Notes under the pieces: generated by a model
What the model was told of the DNA's origin: nothing
The model's input: only the letters and a program-made list of their open reading frames with translations
Database searches by the model: none
Source: an uncultured bacterium
GTDB lineage: Bacteria > Bacteroidota > Ignavibacteria > OLB7
Assembly: GCA_966128725.1 (NCBI GenBank)
Contig: CBHYLN010000006.1
Span: forward strand, 6,236-70,235
Length of the DNA stretch: 64,000 bases
Direction of reading: 5' to 3'
In this document: positions 11,250 to 20,451 of the stretch, piece after piece
How the letters are laid out: each line of letters starts with the position of its first letter
Position numbering within the stretch: position 1 is the first letter of the stretch
Position numbers and translations under genes: made by a program

Positions 11250-11774
11250 TTGAATACAGGAATGGCGAAGAACGATTCCGGGCCTACGCCGATGTCGAAC
11301 TCAATTCTGGAAGAAGCGCAACGCTACATGCGAATGGCCTATGCCTCGCAGATGAACGGCGACCTGGCCGAGGCGATTGCGCTGTACAAGAAATCGATCG
11401 ATCTGCACCCAACCGCCGAGGCACACACGTACCTCGGCTGGACCTATAGTTTCCGAGGAGATCTGGACGCGGCGATTGCCGAGTGCAAAACGGCGATCGG
11501 CATCGATCCGGATTTCGGCAACCCATACAACGATATCGGGGCGTACCTGATTCGTCAGGGGAAGTTCGAGGAAGCGATCCCGTGGCTGGAGATGGCATGC
11601 GAGGCCGAGCGCTACGACGCGCGCTACTTCGCCTATTTCAATCTCGGCCGTGTGTTCGAGCGCCTGGGCGACATCCACGGCGCCCTGGCGGCTTACCGCA
11701 ACGCGGCAAGGATCGACACCAACTACAAACCTGCGGTGCAGGCGGTTGAGCGCATCGTTGCCTGGATGAACTAA
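11250..11774 (+). CDS. tetratricopeptide-repeat protein
   Basis: 174 aa with repeated TPR-like 34-aa helical units (AEAIALYKKSIDLHP..., AAIAECKTAIGIDP..., ALAAYRNAARID). Confidence 0.65.
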   Translation: MNTGMAKNDSGPTPMSNSILEEAQRYMRMAYASQMNGDLAEAIALYKKSIDLHPTAEAHTYLGWTYSFRGDLDAAIAECKTAIGIDPDFGNPYNDIGAYLIRQGKFEEAIPWLEMACEAERYDARYFAYFNLGRVFERLGDIHGALAAYRNAARIDTNYKPAVQAVERIVAWMN

Positions 11775-11790
11775 CCAATCGTGGCCGAAA

Positions 11791-12405
11791 ATGTCGTTGT
11801 TCAGCACGAAACCCGAACTGCCGAAGGAGAATTCCTACGGGCTCCCGAAGCTCCCAACCGGCCAGCTCTACACCGAGAAGTTCCCGGTGCTTACCTACGG
11901 CCCCGTGCCCATTGTTGAGCTGGAGACCTGGCAGTTCGAGATTTCCGGGCTGGTAAGCCCACGGCGTACGTGGTCGTGGGAGCAGTTCATGGCACTGCCG
12001 CAGACAACGCTTCATGCGGACTTCCATTGCGTTACCCACTGGTCGCGTTTCGATGATGATTGGACGGGCGTGATGTTCCGCGATCTGTGGGCGGAGATTT
12101 CCGGCAACGTGCAGCCCGATGCCGCGTACGTAATGCAGCACGCATACGGCGGCTACACAACCAACCTGCCGCTGCAGTGGATGCTCGACGAGGATGTGAT
12201 GTTCGCGCACACGTTCAACGGCGAACCATTGCCAGTTGAACACGGCGGCCCGATGCGGGTGATTACACCGAAGCGGTATGCCTGGAAGGGCGCGAAGTGG
12301 ATCAAGGGGCTGGAGTTCATGAGCACCAACAAGCCCGGATTCTGGGAACAGAACGGCTACAGCAACAGCGCCGACCCCTGGAAGGAGGAGCGCTACTGGG
12401 AGTAG
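11791..12405 (+). CDS. sulfite-oxidase-like molybdopterin-binding oxidoreductase (small YuiH/MsrP-related type)
   Basis: 204 aa. Motifs HADFHCVTHWSRFDDDWTGV and FNGEPLPVEHGGPMRVITPKRYAWKGAKWIKGLEF are characteristic of Mo-pterin oxidoreductase domains. Confidence 0.7.
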   Translation: MSLFSTKPELPKENSYGLPKLPTGQLYTEKFPVLTYGPVPIVELETWQFEISGLVSPRRTWSWEQFMALPQTTLHADFHCVTHWSRFDDDWTGVMFRDLWAEISGNVQPDAAYVMQHAYGGYTTNLPLQWMLDEDVMFAHTFNGEPLPVEHGGPMRVITPKRYAWKGAKWIKGLEFMSTNKPGFWEQNGYSNSADPWKEERYWE

Positions 12406-12541
12406 CGCATCGCGTTGCGGAAATGGAGCAACAGTGCCTCCATCGAAGGTATCCCCGGCTTGCAGATATGCCGGATCGAGGCATGGCTTTTCGATCCGGC
12501 ATCGTTCGTTATTGGACTATCCAGACCGAACCACAACATCT

Positions 12542-13570
12542 TCAGCCCGGCAGCCGTACGTGATCGTGTTCGGCGATCTCCCCTTCCCGCGCAAGCGGCA
12601 CGCCGTTGGCAACACATACCGCAAAGCCTTCACGCGCCAGCGAGTTCACAACGGCCAGCAGTTGCCGCCGTACCGCTGTTGTGGCATTGGCAACGTTCAT
12701 CGCGGCCAGGGCACGGTCGATCAGCGTGGCAACCGGCAGAGCTTCCTCGGCCAATCGCAGAATCTCCACCAGGCGGCCCCGCCATATTCGACGGGGCGTG
12801 CCAAGGATCGCCGGCTCGGCCCGGGCGGCATGTTCCGGCCGAAAAAGTTCGATTGGCAGCGGGTTGGCCGATAGACAGTGCCCGGCAACCGGGCAGCCGC
12901 CGCATGCCGGATTACGCGCGGTGCACACAGTGGCGCCCAGGTCCATCAACGCCTGATGCCAGCGGTACGCGTCGTTTGCGGGCAGCATGGCTTCGGCGAC
13001 AACCGCAACCGCCGCGGCCGGCATAACCTGCGATGCGGTGTGGCACTTGTGGAAGATCCGCCCCAGCACACGCGCAACATTGACATCCACAACCGGCACC
13101 GCCGCGCCAAAGGCGAAGCAGGCAACCGCCGCGGCCGTGTATGGCCCCAGCCCCGGAAGCCTGATAAGCTCGGCAACCGATTCCGGGAAGCGCCCGGCGT
13201 GGCGCTCAACAACGGCGCGCGCGGCAGCCTGAAGCCTCAGCACGCGGCTGTTGTACCCCATCCCCTGCCATGCGCGAATGACCTCGCCCTGTGAAGCCTG
13301 CGCAAGCGACCGTGCGTCCGGAAATCGACGCAGGAATTCCGGCAGCTTGGCGGCTACCCGGGCGGTCTGTGTCTGCTGCAGCATCACTTCGCTCACCAGC
13401 ACCACGTACGGATCAACGATCGGCTCGCCGGCCGGCCGCGCAACGGCGCGCTCCACCGAACGCCACTGGAAGCTGCGCGCAGTACGGTTGAACCACTCCA
13501 GCAGGCGCCCCTGCACAACGTCACGCCAGCGCTCTACGCTCAGCGGTTGCATCAGTGTTGAACTTGGCAA
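12542..13570 (-). CDS. mutY: A/G-specific adenine DNA glycosylase MutY
   Basis: HhH-GPD region (VSEVMLQQTQTARV...LPGLGPYTAAAV) plus 4Fe-4S Cys ladder (CTARNPACGGCPVAGHC). 342 aa. Confidence 0.8.
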   Translation of the reverse strand: MPSSTLMQPLSVERWRDVVQGRLLEWFNRTARSFQWRSVERAVARPAGEPIVDPYVVLVSEVMLQQTQTARVAAKLPEFLRRFPDARSLAQASQGEVIRAWQGMGYNSRVLRLQAAARAVVERHAGRFPESVAELIRLPGLGPYTAAAVACFAFGAAVPVVDVNVARVLGRIFHKCHTASQVMPAAAVAVVAEAMLPANDAYRWHQALMDLGATVCTARNPACGGCPVAGHCLSANPLPIELFRPEHAARAEPAILGTPRRIWRGRLVEILRLAEEALPVATLIDRALAAMNVANATTAVRRQLLAVVNSLAREGFAVCVANGVPLAREGEIAEHDHVRLPG

Positions 13571-13941
13571 CGAATCTCCTCACGATGGTTGACAAACGAT
13601 GCCCGGCATCACCTGCCTTCACGCCCCGGCGTCGCGGGATTGCATCGGCTTTGCCGAAGCAGCCGGCAATGTGGCGGGCATGTATGCGGCACGGGCAATC
13701 CTACTACGCGCCCTGATGAATCCGCAGGCACGGCTACGCCGTCATGGCCAGCACATCGCAAGTTTCGCCCACCGTGCCCACGGCGAAGCATCAAGTCACG
13801 CAAGATAATCCCTGGGCAGGAGCGGAGCGCACCGGCTTCCACGCATCACACCATCATCAAGCCTGTCCCATGCGGTATATTGCGCCGCTTGTGGTGGCAT
13901 GCAGCATGCAGTGTACGCCAACTTGAACACGTAATACACGG

Positions 13942-14910
13942 ATGCACGTACTTCTTACCGGCGGCGCCGGATACATCGGCAGCGTTGTCTGCGAGGAACT
14001 TATTTCCGCCGGGCACGGCGTTGTGGTGTACGACAACCTTTCGAAGGGCCACCGCGAGATGGTACATCCGGACGCGGCGTTTGTGCAGGCCGACCTGCGC
14101 GACGGCGCCCGGCTGCGCGCCACGATGGCCGAACACGGCGTGCAGGCCGTCGTCCATATGGCGGCTGATTCGCTGGTTGGCGAATCCGTTGCCCAGCCGC
14201 GCACGTATTACGCCAACAACGTTGGCGCCGGGCTGGAGCTTCTGAACGCGATGGTTGATTGCGGTGTAGAGCGGATCGTGTTTTCCTCCACAGCGGCGGT
14301 GTACGGCGAGCCGACGAAGCAGCCGATCGAGGAGACCGATCCCACAATCCCCACCAATCCGTACGGCGAAACGAAGCTTGCACTGGAGCGCGCATTGCAC
14401 TGGTACGGCGGCGCGTACGGCATCCGCCATGCGTCGCTCCGGTACTTCAATGCGGCCGGGGCAAGCCAGCGCTGCGGCGAGCTGCACGTACCCGAAACGC
14501 ACCTTATCCCGATTGTGCTGGACGTTGCGGCGGGCCTTCGCCCCAATGTCACGATCTACGGAACGGACTACCCCACACACGACGGCACTTGTGTGCGCGA
14601 TTACATCCACGTGATCGATCTGGCCCGCGCCCACGTGATGGCGTTGGACGTGCTTGCTCAGCGCAATGCAACGTACAATCTGGGCTGCGGCGGCAACGGG
14701 TACTCCGTGTTGGATGTGGTACAGGCCGCGCGTGCGGTAACCGGGCGCGATATCCCCGTGCAGCTTGGCGCGCGCCGCGCCGGTGATCCCGCGGTGCTGG
14801 TGGCCGCATCGGACCGGATCCGCGCCGAGCTGGGCTGGGCCCCCGAGTATCAGGACCTTGCGGTAATCATCGAATCGGCCTGGCGGTGGCAACTGGAACA
14901 CCGGCGATAA
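13942..14910 (+). CDS. galE: UDP-glucose 4-epimerase GalE
   Basis: MHVLLTGGAGYIGS Rossmann start, YxxxK region and 322 aa length. Confidence 0.8.
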   Translation: MHVLLTGGAGYIGSVVCEELISAGHGVVVYDNLSKGHREMVHPDAAFVQADLRDGARLRATMAEHGVQAVVHMAADSLVGESVAQPRTYYANNVGAGLELLNAMVDCGVERIVFSSTAAVYGEPTKQPIEETDPTIPTNPYGETKLALERALHWYGGAYGIRHASLRYFNAAGASQRCGELHVPETHLIPIVLDVAAGLRPNVTIYGTDYPTHDGTCVRDYIHVIDLARAHVMALDVLAQRNATYNLGCGGNGYSVLDVVQAARAVTGRDIPVQLGARRAGDPAVLVAASDRIRAELGWAPEYQDLAVIIESAWRWQLEHRR

Positions 14911-14946
14911 CAACGGCACAGGTACGGCAATGCCTGTTGGACTGCG

Positions 14947-16638
14947 TTATCGGATTCGTGCCCTGCCCACCCTGGTACGCAGGTCGTCGTGGGCATCAAC
15001 AATGCCCGCGCGCGGTGTCATGATGCCCAGCTCGGCCTCCTCGCGCTGCACGGCATCCAACGACTTCACGCCGCCATTATACCGCGCCATCATCTTCCGG
15101 TATTCACCGAACAGCGCATCGTATCGGCCCCATGTTTTCCGGCACAGATCGCCCCACACCCGCCGGGCCTGCACCAGCGCTGCCTCCTGCACGCCACTAT
15201 CGGCCGTTCCGGTGCGCAAGCTCTCCAACTTGGTGAGCTGCCGGTCGAGCGTGTCGGCAAGTTTTTCCAGATAGTTGGCATCATAATCGATGCTGTCCTC
15301 CAGTTGGCCCAGCACAACTTCCTTTGCCGTGACAAGGTGAATCCGGTCTTCAATGGGTCGGTTGACACCAACGGACTCCTCAACGGTGTCCAACTCGGAA
15401 TCGCGCATGGGAACGTGTTCGGCCACGTCAGGTGGGATAGTCGCCCCATCATCCCGATATCCGGACCATGTTGATTCCTTGTTGTTGTCGATCATCGTGG
15501 AGATGGTCATCATGGCAATCACCAGGCCCACCATGGTAAATCCGATAATCTTCTCGCGCTTTTTCTGTTTGGCGGTACGCTTCACGGGCACGCGGTCCTG
15601 CTGGGTGGGGCGTGCGGCCAAGGCTGCACGGCCAAGCCTGTTGGCCTCGGCCTGCAGCGTGTTGGCAAGCTGCTGGTCGCCGGAAACCACGGCAGCCTCG
15701 ACAATGGTTTCCAGCAGCGCGGCCCCCTTGTCGAACGCGGCTCTGGTGGGCGGGAAGTCCGGCCCGGTCAGCGATTCCAGCTCATGGAGTTTCGGCTGCA
15801 CGTTGCGCCTGAACGCGGTTCGCGCAAGCTCGATGGCAGGCTCAAGTGAACGCGATGGCGCGCGACCAAGCTCTTCCCGGATTGGCGCGATCACGGTATC
15901 GAGATCGATCAGCACCGGAGCAAACGCCTCCATCACGATGGAACGCACATGCTTTCGTGGCGCGCCGGCGCCCGCTAGATCGTCGTTGTGATCGCGCGCC
16001 TGCCCGTACTCGCCGGCCTCCACGAGCGCTGCAAGCAGGTCGCGCGACGGTTCCAGTACGGGCAACCAGGCCTGAGCCCTGAAACTTCGGACGTCGCCCA
16101 TGCCGGCAGCCGGCGTCAATCGCGAATGCGCGTCATCCAGCGCGAACTGTTCCCAGAACTCATCGGAGTTGATCGCAACAGCCCACGCCGCAATCGCCCG
16201 CCCCCAGATCCCCGCCGACTGCCCAATCGGCCCGAAACGTATGTCGTCATCCGATGACGAGCCCGCCAATGCCAGCGAATGCAGCAGCCGCGCAAGGTTT
16301 GCCTTGGCGCGCGCACCGGGCTCGGCCTCCCATATGTCCACGGCCGCTGGAAACCTGCCCCGGTTGATCGCCGCCAATGCCGCGCGATCCTGGTCGGAAT
16401 CAGCCGTGAACCACATCAGCCGCGCGGCCAGCCGAGCAGGCACCGAAGCAAGCGCCACGCCGGCAGCGCTCAGGGCCTCGGCGGTGCGGTCGTGCGCCAT
16501 GATACGCGCCATCGGGTCGGTCCCGGTACAATCGCAGGCGATGCCGCGCTCCGCAACCAACTGGCCCAGGCGCGCGGCATCCATCGGTTCGTTGGCGCAT
16601 ACACCGAGCAAACGAAACGGGTTCGAGAAATAAGCCAT
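14947..16638 (-). CDS. hypothetical membrane-spanning protein (Ala-rich N-terminal domain, single central TM)
   Basis: 563 aa from ATG (rev) 16636-16638 (MAYFSNPFRLLGV...). One predicted TM (IIGFTMVGLVIAMMTISTMI) near residue 390. No motif recognised. Confidence 0.45.
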   Translation of the reverse strand: MAYFSNPFRLLGVCANEPMDAARLGQLVAERGIACDCTGTDPMARIMAHDRTAEALSAAGVALASVPARLAARLMWFTADSDQDRAALAAINRGRFPAAVDIWEAEPGARAKANLARLLHSLALAGSSSDDDIRFGPIGQSAGIWGRAIAAWAVAINSDEFWEQFALDDAHSRLTPAAGMGDVRSFRAQAWLPVLEPSRDLLAALVEAGEYGQARDHNDDLAGAGAPRKHVRSIVMEAFAPVLIDLDTVIAPIREELGRAPSRSLEPAIELARTAFRRNVQPKLHELESLTGPDFPPTRAAFDKGAALLETIVEAAVVSGDQQLANTLQAEANRLGRAALAARPTQQDRVPVKRTAKQKKREKIIGFTMVGLVIAMMTISTMIDNNKESTWSGYRDDGATIPPDVAEHVPMRDSELDTVEESVGVNRPIEDRIHLVTAKEVVLGQLEDSIDYDANYLEKLADTLDRQLTKLESLRTGTADSGVQEAALVQARRVWGDLCRKTWGRYDALFGEYRKMMARYNGGVKSLDAVQREEAELGIMTPRAGIVDAHDDLRTRVGRARIR

Positions 16639-16851
16639 GTGCCGGTTGTGCTGGATGGATAGGCCGGTGCCGCGCATACCGAGGTGTGGGCGGTACCGTA
16701 TCGTGCGAAGATGAAATCAATTGTGGCGCGCTGCCGGTGCGCAAACGGCTGGCACGAAGCGTTGTAAATTGCGTGGCCAGCGTGGCTGGCATGCTACGAA
16801 GGATTTGGCCTTTCGCCAAATACCCAACCGAACCCAATCCGGATATCGCGC

Positions 16852-18216
16852 ATGAAGTACATCAATTCCGTTACCGAGCTGATCGGGAACACTCCACTTG
16901 TTCGATTGAACCGCGTTGTTACCACCGAGTCGGGAGCGTTGGTGCTCGCGAAGCTGGAGAGCGCGAACCCCGGCGGGTCGGTAAAGGACCGGATCGGCAT
17001 TCGGATGATCGAGGCGGCCGAGCGCGATGGCCGGATAAAACCCGGCGGATTGGTGATCGAGCCCACAAGCGGAAACACCGGCATCGGCCTTACGCTTGCG
17101 GCCATCCAGAAAGGATATCGTTGCCTGTTTGTCATGACCGACAAGGCATCGGTTGAGCGCGTTCGTTACCTGAAGGCAATGGGCGCCGATGTGTTGATTG
17201 TTCCGTCGGCGGCAAAGCCGAGCTCGCCGGAATACTACTACAACACGGCGCAGCGCCTGGCTTCGGAGATCCCGAACTCGATCATGCTGAACCAATACGA
17301 CAACCCGGCCAACCCGGAATCGCACTACTACGGGACCGCGCCGGAGATGTGGGAGCAGACCGGGGGCGCAATCACACACTTCGTTGCCGGCATGGGAACC
17401 GGCGGCACGATTTCCGGTTGCGGGCGCTTTCTGAAGGAGAAGAACCCGAACATCAAGGTGATCGGCGCCGACCCCACGGGCTCGTCGCTGAAGACGTACA
17501 AGGAAACCGGACGGCTGGTTGAGGCCCTCCCCTATCTGATCGAAGGAGTCGGGCAGGAGCGCATCCCCGGCAATCTCCATTTCGAGTTCGTTGACGAAGT
17601 AGTGAACGTCACCGATCGCGAAGCCTTCGCGATGGCACGGCGCATGGCACGCGAGGAAGGAATTTTCTGCGGCGGTTCGTCGGGCATGAACATGGTTGCC
17701 GCGCAGAAGGCGGCGCGAGGCCTGAAGCAGGGCGATGTGATGGTGGTGATCGTATGCGATACCGGCGAACGGTATCTCACCAAGCATCATTCCGACGAGT
17801 GGTTGCAGGAGAAGGGTTTCCTGGAGCCGGAGAAAATCACGTTGCAGGTGGTGCTTCAGATGAAGACGCTCCGTAACGGCGCGGCCCCGCTGGTGGCTGC
17901 CTCGCCAACGATGACCGTCCGCGAAGCGCTCGACCTGATGAATGGCCAGGGATTCAGCCAGCTCCCGGTGATCGACGAAGGCAGGCCCGTTGGCTCGCTG
18001 CGCGACAACCGTGTAATGGCGGCCGTGCTGGAGGATCGCGCGCTGCTGGACAGCCCTGTAAAGGACGTGATGGAACCCAGCTTCCCGGTGGTTCCACACA
18101 CCACCGATGTCAACAACGCAATCCGATATCTGAAGGACGCCCGCGCGGTGCTGATCGACGACTACGGCATCATCGGCGGCATCCTTACGCGGCACGATCT
18201 GGTGGAATACACCTGA
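16852..18216 (+). CDS. cystathionine beta-synthase (PLP fold-type II, C-terminal CBS pair)
   Basis: N-terminal cysteine-synthase-like PLP domain (GNTPLVRLN..., [14 protein letters not shown]) plus two C-terminal CBS domains. 454 aa. Confidence 0.8.
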   Translation: MKYINSVTELIGNTPLVRLNRVVTTESGALVLAKLESANPGGSVKDRIGIRMIEAAERDGRIKPGGLVIEPTSGNTGIGLTLAAIQKGYRCLFVMTDKASVERVRYLKAMGADVLIVPSAAKPSSPEYYYNTAQRLASEIPNSIMLNQYDNPANPESHYYGTAPEMWEQTGGAITHFVAGMGTGGTISGCGRFLKEKNPNIKVIGADPTGSSLKTYKETGRLVEALPYLIEGVGQERIPGNLHFEFVDEVVNVTDREAFAMARRMAREEGIFCGGSSGMNMVAAQKAARGLKQGDVMVVIVCDTGERYLTKHHSDEWLQEKGFLEPEKITLQVVLQMKTLRNGAAPLVAASPTMTVREALDLMNGQGFSQLPVIDEGRPVGSLRDNRVMAAVLEDRALLDSPVKDVMEPSFPVVPHTTDVNNAIRYLKDARAVLIDDYGIIGGILTRHDLVEYT

Positions 18217-18254
18217 TCCACCGCCGAACGGCGCGCTCCACGATTTCATGCCAG

Positions 18255-18290
18255 GGCCCAACAACGAGACGTTGTTGGGCCTTGTGCGTT
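18255..18290. terminator. bidirectional intrinsic terminator between the CBS gene (+) and pyrC (-)
   Basis: Perfect 12-bp stem GGCCCAACAACG-AGA-CGTTGTTGGGCC followed by TTGTGCGTTGC. Confidence 0.6.
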
Positions 18291-18325
18291 GCTAATAGGA
18301 AGTATGTCAGCGGCGGCTGTTGCGG

Positions 18326-19624
18326 CTACAACGTGCTCCAGACGATCGCGCCATTGTTGGCGATCGCAATCGGCTTGCCCTTCAAGGCCCATCCATCGAA
18401 CGGCGTGTTCCACGACATCGTCTGGAACTTCGACTTGTCCACCGTCCACTCCGCATCCGGCGCGAAGATCGTCAGGTTGGCACGCTCGCCCTCGGCAATG
18501 GCGGGCACCGGCTGCGACAGTATCCGCCGGGGATTGATGGCCATCAGCTCCACCAGGCGCCCCAGTGTGATAACACCGGCGTGCAGCAGGTACGTGCAGC
18601 TCAGGCCGATCGATGTCTCCAGGCCGATGATGCCATTGGGCGCGCTCTGGAACTCCACCTCCTTCTCGGCCAGCGCGTGCGGCGCGTGATCGGTTGCGAT
18701 CACGTCGATCGTGCCGTCGGCAAACCCTTCTAGGATTGCGTCCACATCGGCCTGCGTGCGCAACGGCGGATTCATCTTGGCGTTGGTGCCGTATCGCTCA
18801 ACGGCTTCGTCGGTCAGGATAAAATGATGCGGGGTCACCTCGCAGGTGATGCCGGCCGCTCCGCGCGCCTTGGCCGCGCGCACCAGCCCCACGCCACCGC
18901 GGGTGCTCATGTGCGAAACATGATACGGCCGGCCGCCGGAGAACTCGGAGAGCATGATGTCGCGCGAGATGATCAGATCCTCGGCAACATCGGGATAACC
19001 CGGCATCCCAAGCTTGGTGGCGGTAACACCTTCGTTCATCGCGAAGCCGCGTGTCATCGAGTGTTCCTCGCAATGCTGGCTGAGCACGGCCCCCTCGAAC
19101 ATCGTGGCGTACTCAAACGCACGGCGCATCACCTCCGGCGAGCGCACGCAGTCACCGTCATCGGTAAACAGGCGCACGCCGGCTTCATACAGCGCGCCCA
19201 TCGGCGCAAGCTCCTCGCCCTTGCGACCCTTGGTGGTCGCGGCCGAGGGAAGCACATCCACGGCCAGGCCATGCGCGCGGTACAGGATGGAGTGCACAAC
19301 CTCGATCGAATCGATCGCGGGCGTGGTGTTCGGCATCGCGCACACGCCGGTAAACCCGCCATTGGCGGCCGAGGCACATCCGGTGGCGATCGTCTCCTTG
19401 TGCGTGGCGCCAGGCTCGCGCAGATGCACATGCATATCGTAGAAGCCGGGGGCGGCCACCCAGCCGGATGCGTCGCGAACGTCGGCGCCGGCGGGTTCGG
19501 CTAGGTTGTCGCCAATGGCCTGTATCACTCCGTCGGCCAGGAGAAGATCGGCCGTGCGATCCAGATTCTGCGCGGGATGTACCAGTCGGATGTTTTTCAG
19601 CAGAAGCATGAGGAGCCCTAACAA
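18326..19624 (-). CDS. pyrC: dihydroorotase
   Basis: DMHVHLREPG metal-binding motif, carbamylated-Lys region and HHFILTDEA. 432 aa. Confidence 0.8.
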   Translation of the reverse strand: MLGLLMLLLKNIRLVHPAQNLDRTADLLLADGVIQAIGDNLAEPAGADVRDASGWVAAPGFYDMHVHLREPGATHKETIATGCASAANGGFTGVCAMPNTTPAIDSIEVVHSILYRAHGLAVDVLPSAATTKGRKGEELAPMGALYEAGVRLFTDDGDCVRSPEVMRRAFEYATMFEGAVLSQHCEEHSMTRGFAMNEGVTATKLGMPGYPDVAEDLIISRDIMLSEFSGGRPYHVSHMSTRGGVGLVRAAKARGAAGITCEVTPHHFILTDEAVERYGTNAKMNPPLRTQADVDAILEGFADGTIDVIATDHAPHALAEKEVEFQSAPNGIIGLETSIGLSCTYLLHAGVITLGRLVELMAINPRRILSQPVPAIAEGERANLTIFAPDAEWTVDKSKFQTMSWNTPFDGWALKGKPIAIANNGAIVWSTL

Positions 19625-19687
19625 GTCAGTGATCGATGCGGAGATGTCGGTTGGTGCCGAGAGAGTGCCGATACGGAAAGGAAGCGT

Positions 19688-20371
19688 TCAGCCGGCCAGA
19701 CGCGCGCGCGCCAGCGCAACCACGCGATCCACCTGCTGCTCAACGGTCAGCACGGATGTGTCGATCTCGACGGCGTCGTCGGCCTTGCGCAACGGACTGG
19801 CATCGCGCGTGGAGTCCTGCCGGTCGCGCTCGGCAAGCTGCGCGGCAAGCCCGTCGATGCTGACCTCGGCGCCTAGAATTTCCAGCTCGGCATGGCGGCG
19901 GCGCGCGCGCGCATCTATATCGGCCACCATGAAGATCTTTACGTCGGCGTTGGGAAACACCACGGTGCCGATATCGCGACCATCGAGCACGATGCCGCCG
20001 CGCTCGGCAGCCTGACGCTGCAGGTCAACCAGACGGCGACGCACGCCGGGATACGAGCTTATCAGCGATACGTTTGCGGTAACCTCGGGCGTACGGATCG
20101 CCGCCGACACATCCTCGCCGTTAAGCAGCACGCGCACAGCCGCGCCATCGTTGCGCTCCAGCAGGATGGCGGAGCCTTCGGCAAGGGTTTCCACGGCGTG
20201 GCGGTCGTGCGGATCAAGCCCGGAACGCAGCACCGCAAGCGTCACCGCACGGTACATGGCGCCGGTGTCCACGTACACGTACCCCAGCCGCTCGGCAACA
20301 AGCCTGGCGGTTGTGCTTTTTCCGGAGGCGGCCGGCCCGTCGATTGCGATGATCAGGTGCGAGCGTGACAT
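19688..20371 (-). CDS. cmk: cytidylate kinase
   Basis: MSRSHLIIAIDGPAASGKSTTARLVAERLGYVYVDTGAMYRAVT is the Cmk P-loop start. The track ORF (to 20620) is trimmed to the ATG at 20369-20371. Confidence 0.8.
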   Translation of the reverse strand: MSRSHLIIAIDGPAASGKSTTARLVAERLGYVYVDTGAMYRAVTLAVLRSGLDPHDRHAVETLAEGSAILLERNDGAAVRVLLNGEDVSAAIRTPEVTANVSLISSYPGVRRRLVDLQRQAAERGGIVLDGRDIGTVVFPNADVKIFMVADIDARARRRHAELEILGAEVSIDGLAAQLAERDRQDSTRDASPLRKADDAVEIDTSVLTVEQQVDRVVALARARLAG

Positions 20372-20451
20372 ATCGGGCAAACATCCGAAAGCGGCACGGT
20401 TCGCCCAAGGAGAATGATTGTTGCGATTGGTGCCGGAGGCCCGGCAGCCTG

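Noticed and set aside
13846-14919. 357-aa ORF antisense to galE
   Set aside because: GalE on the plus strand has unmistakable SDR motifs. The antisense frame has no features.
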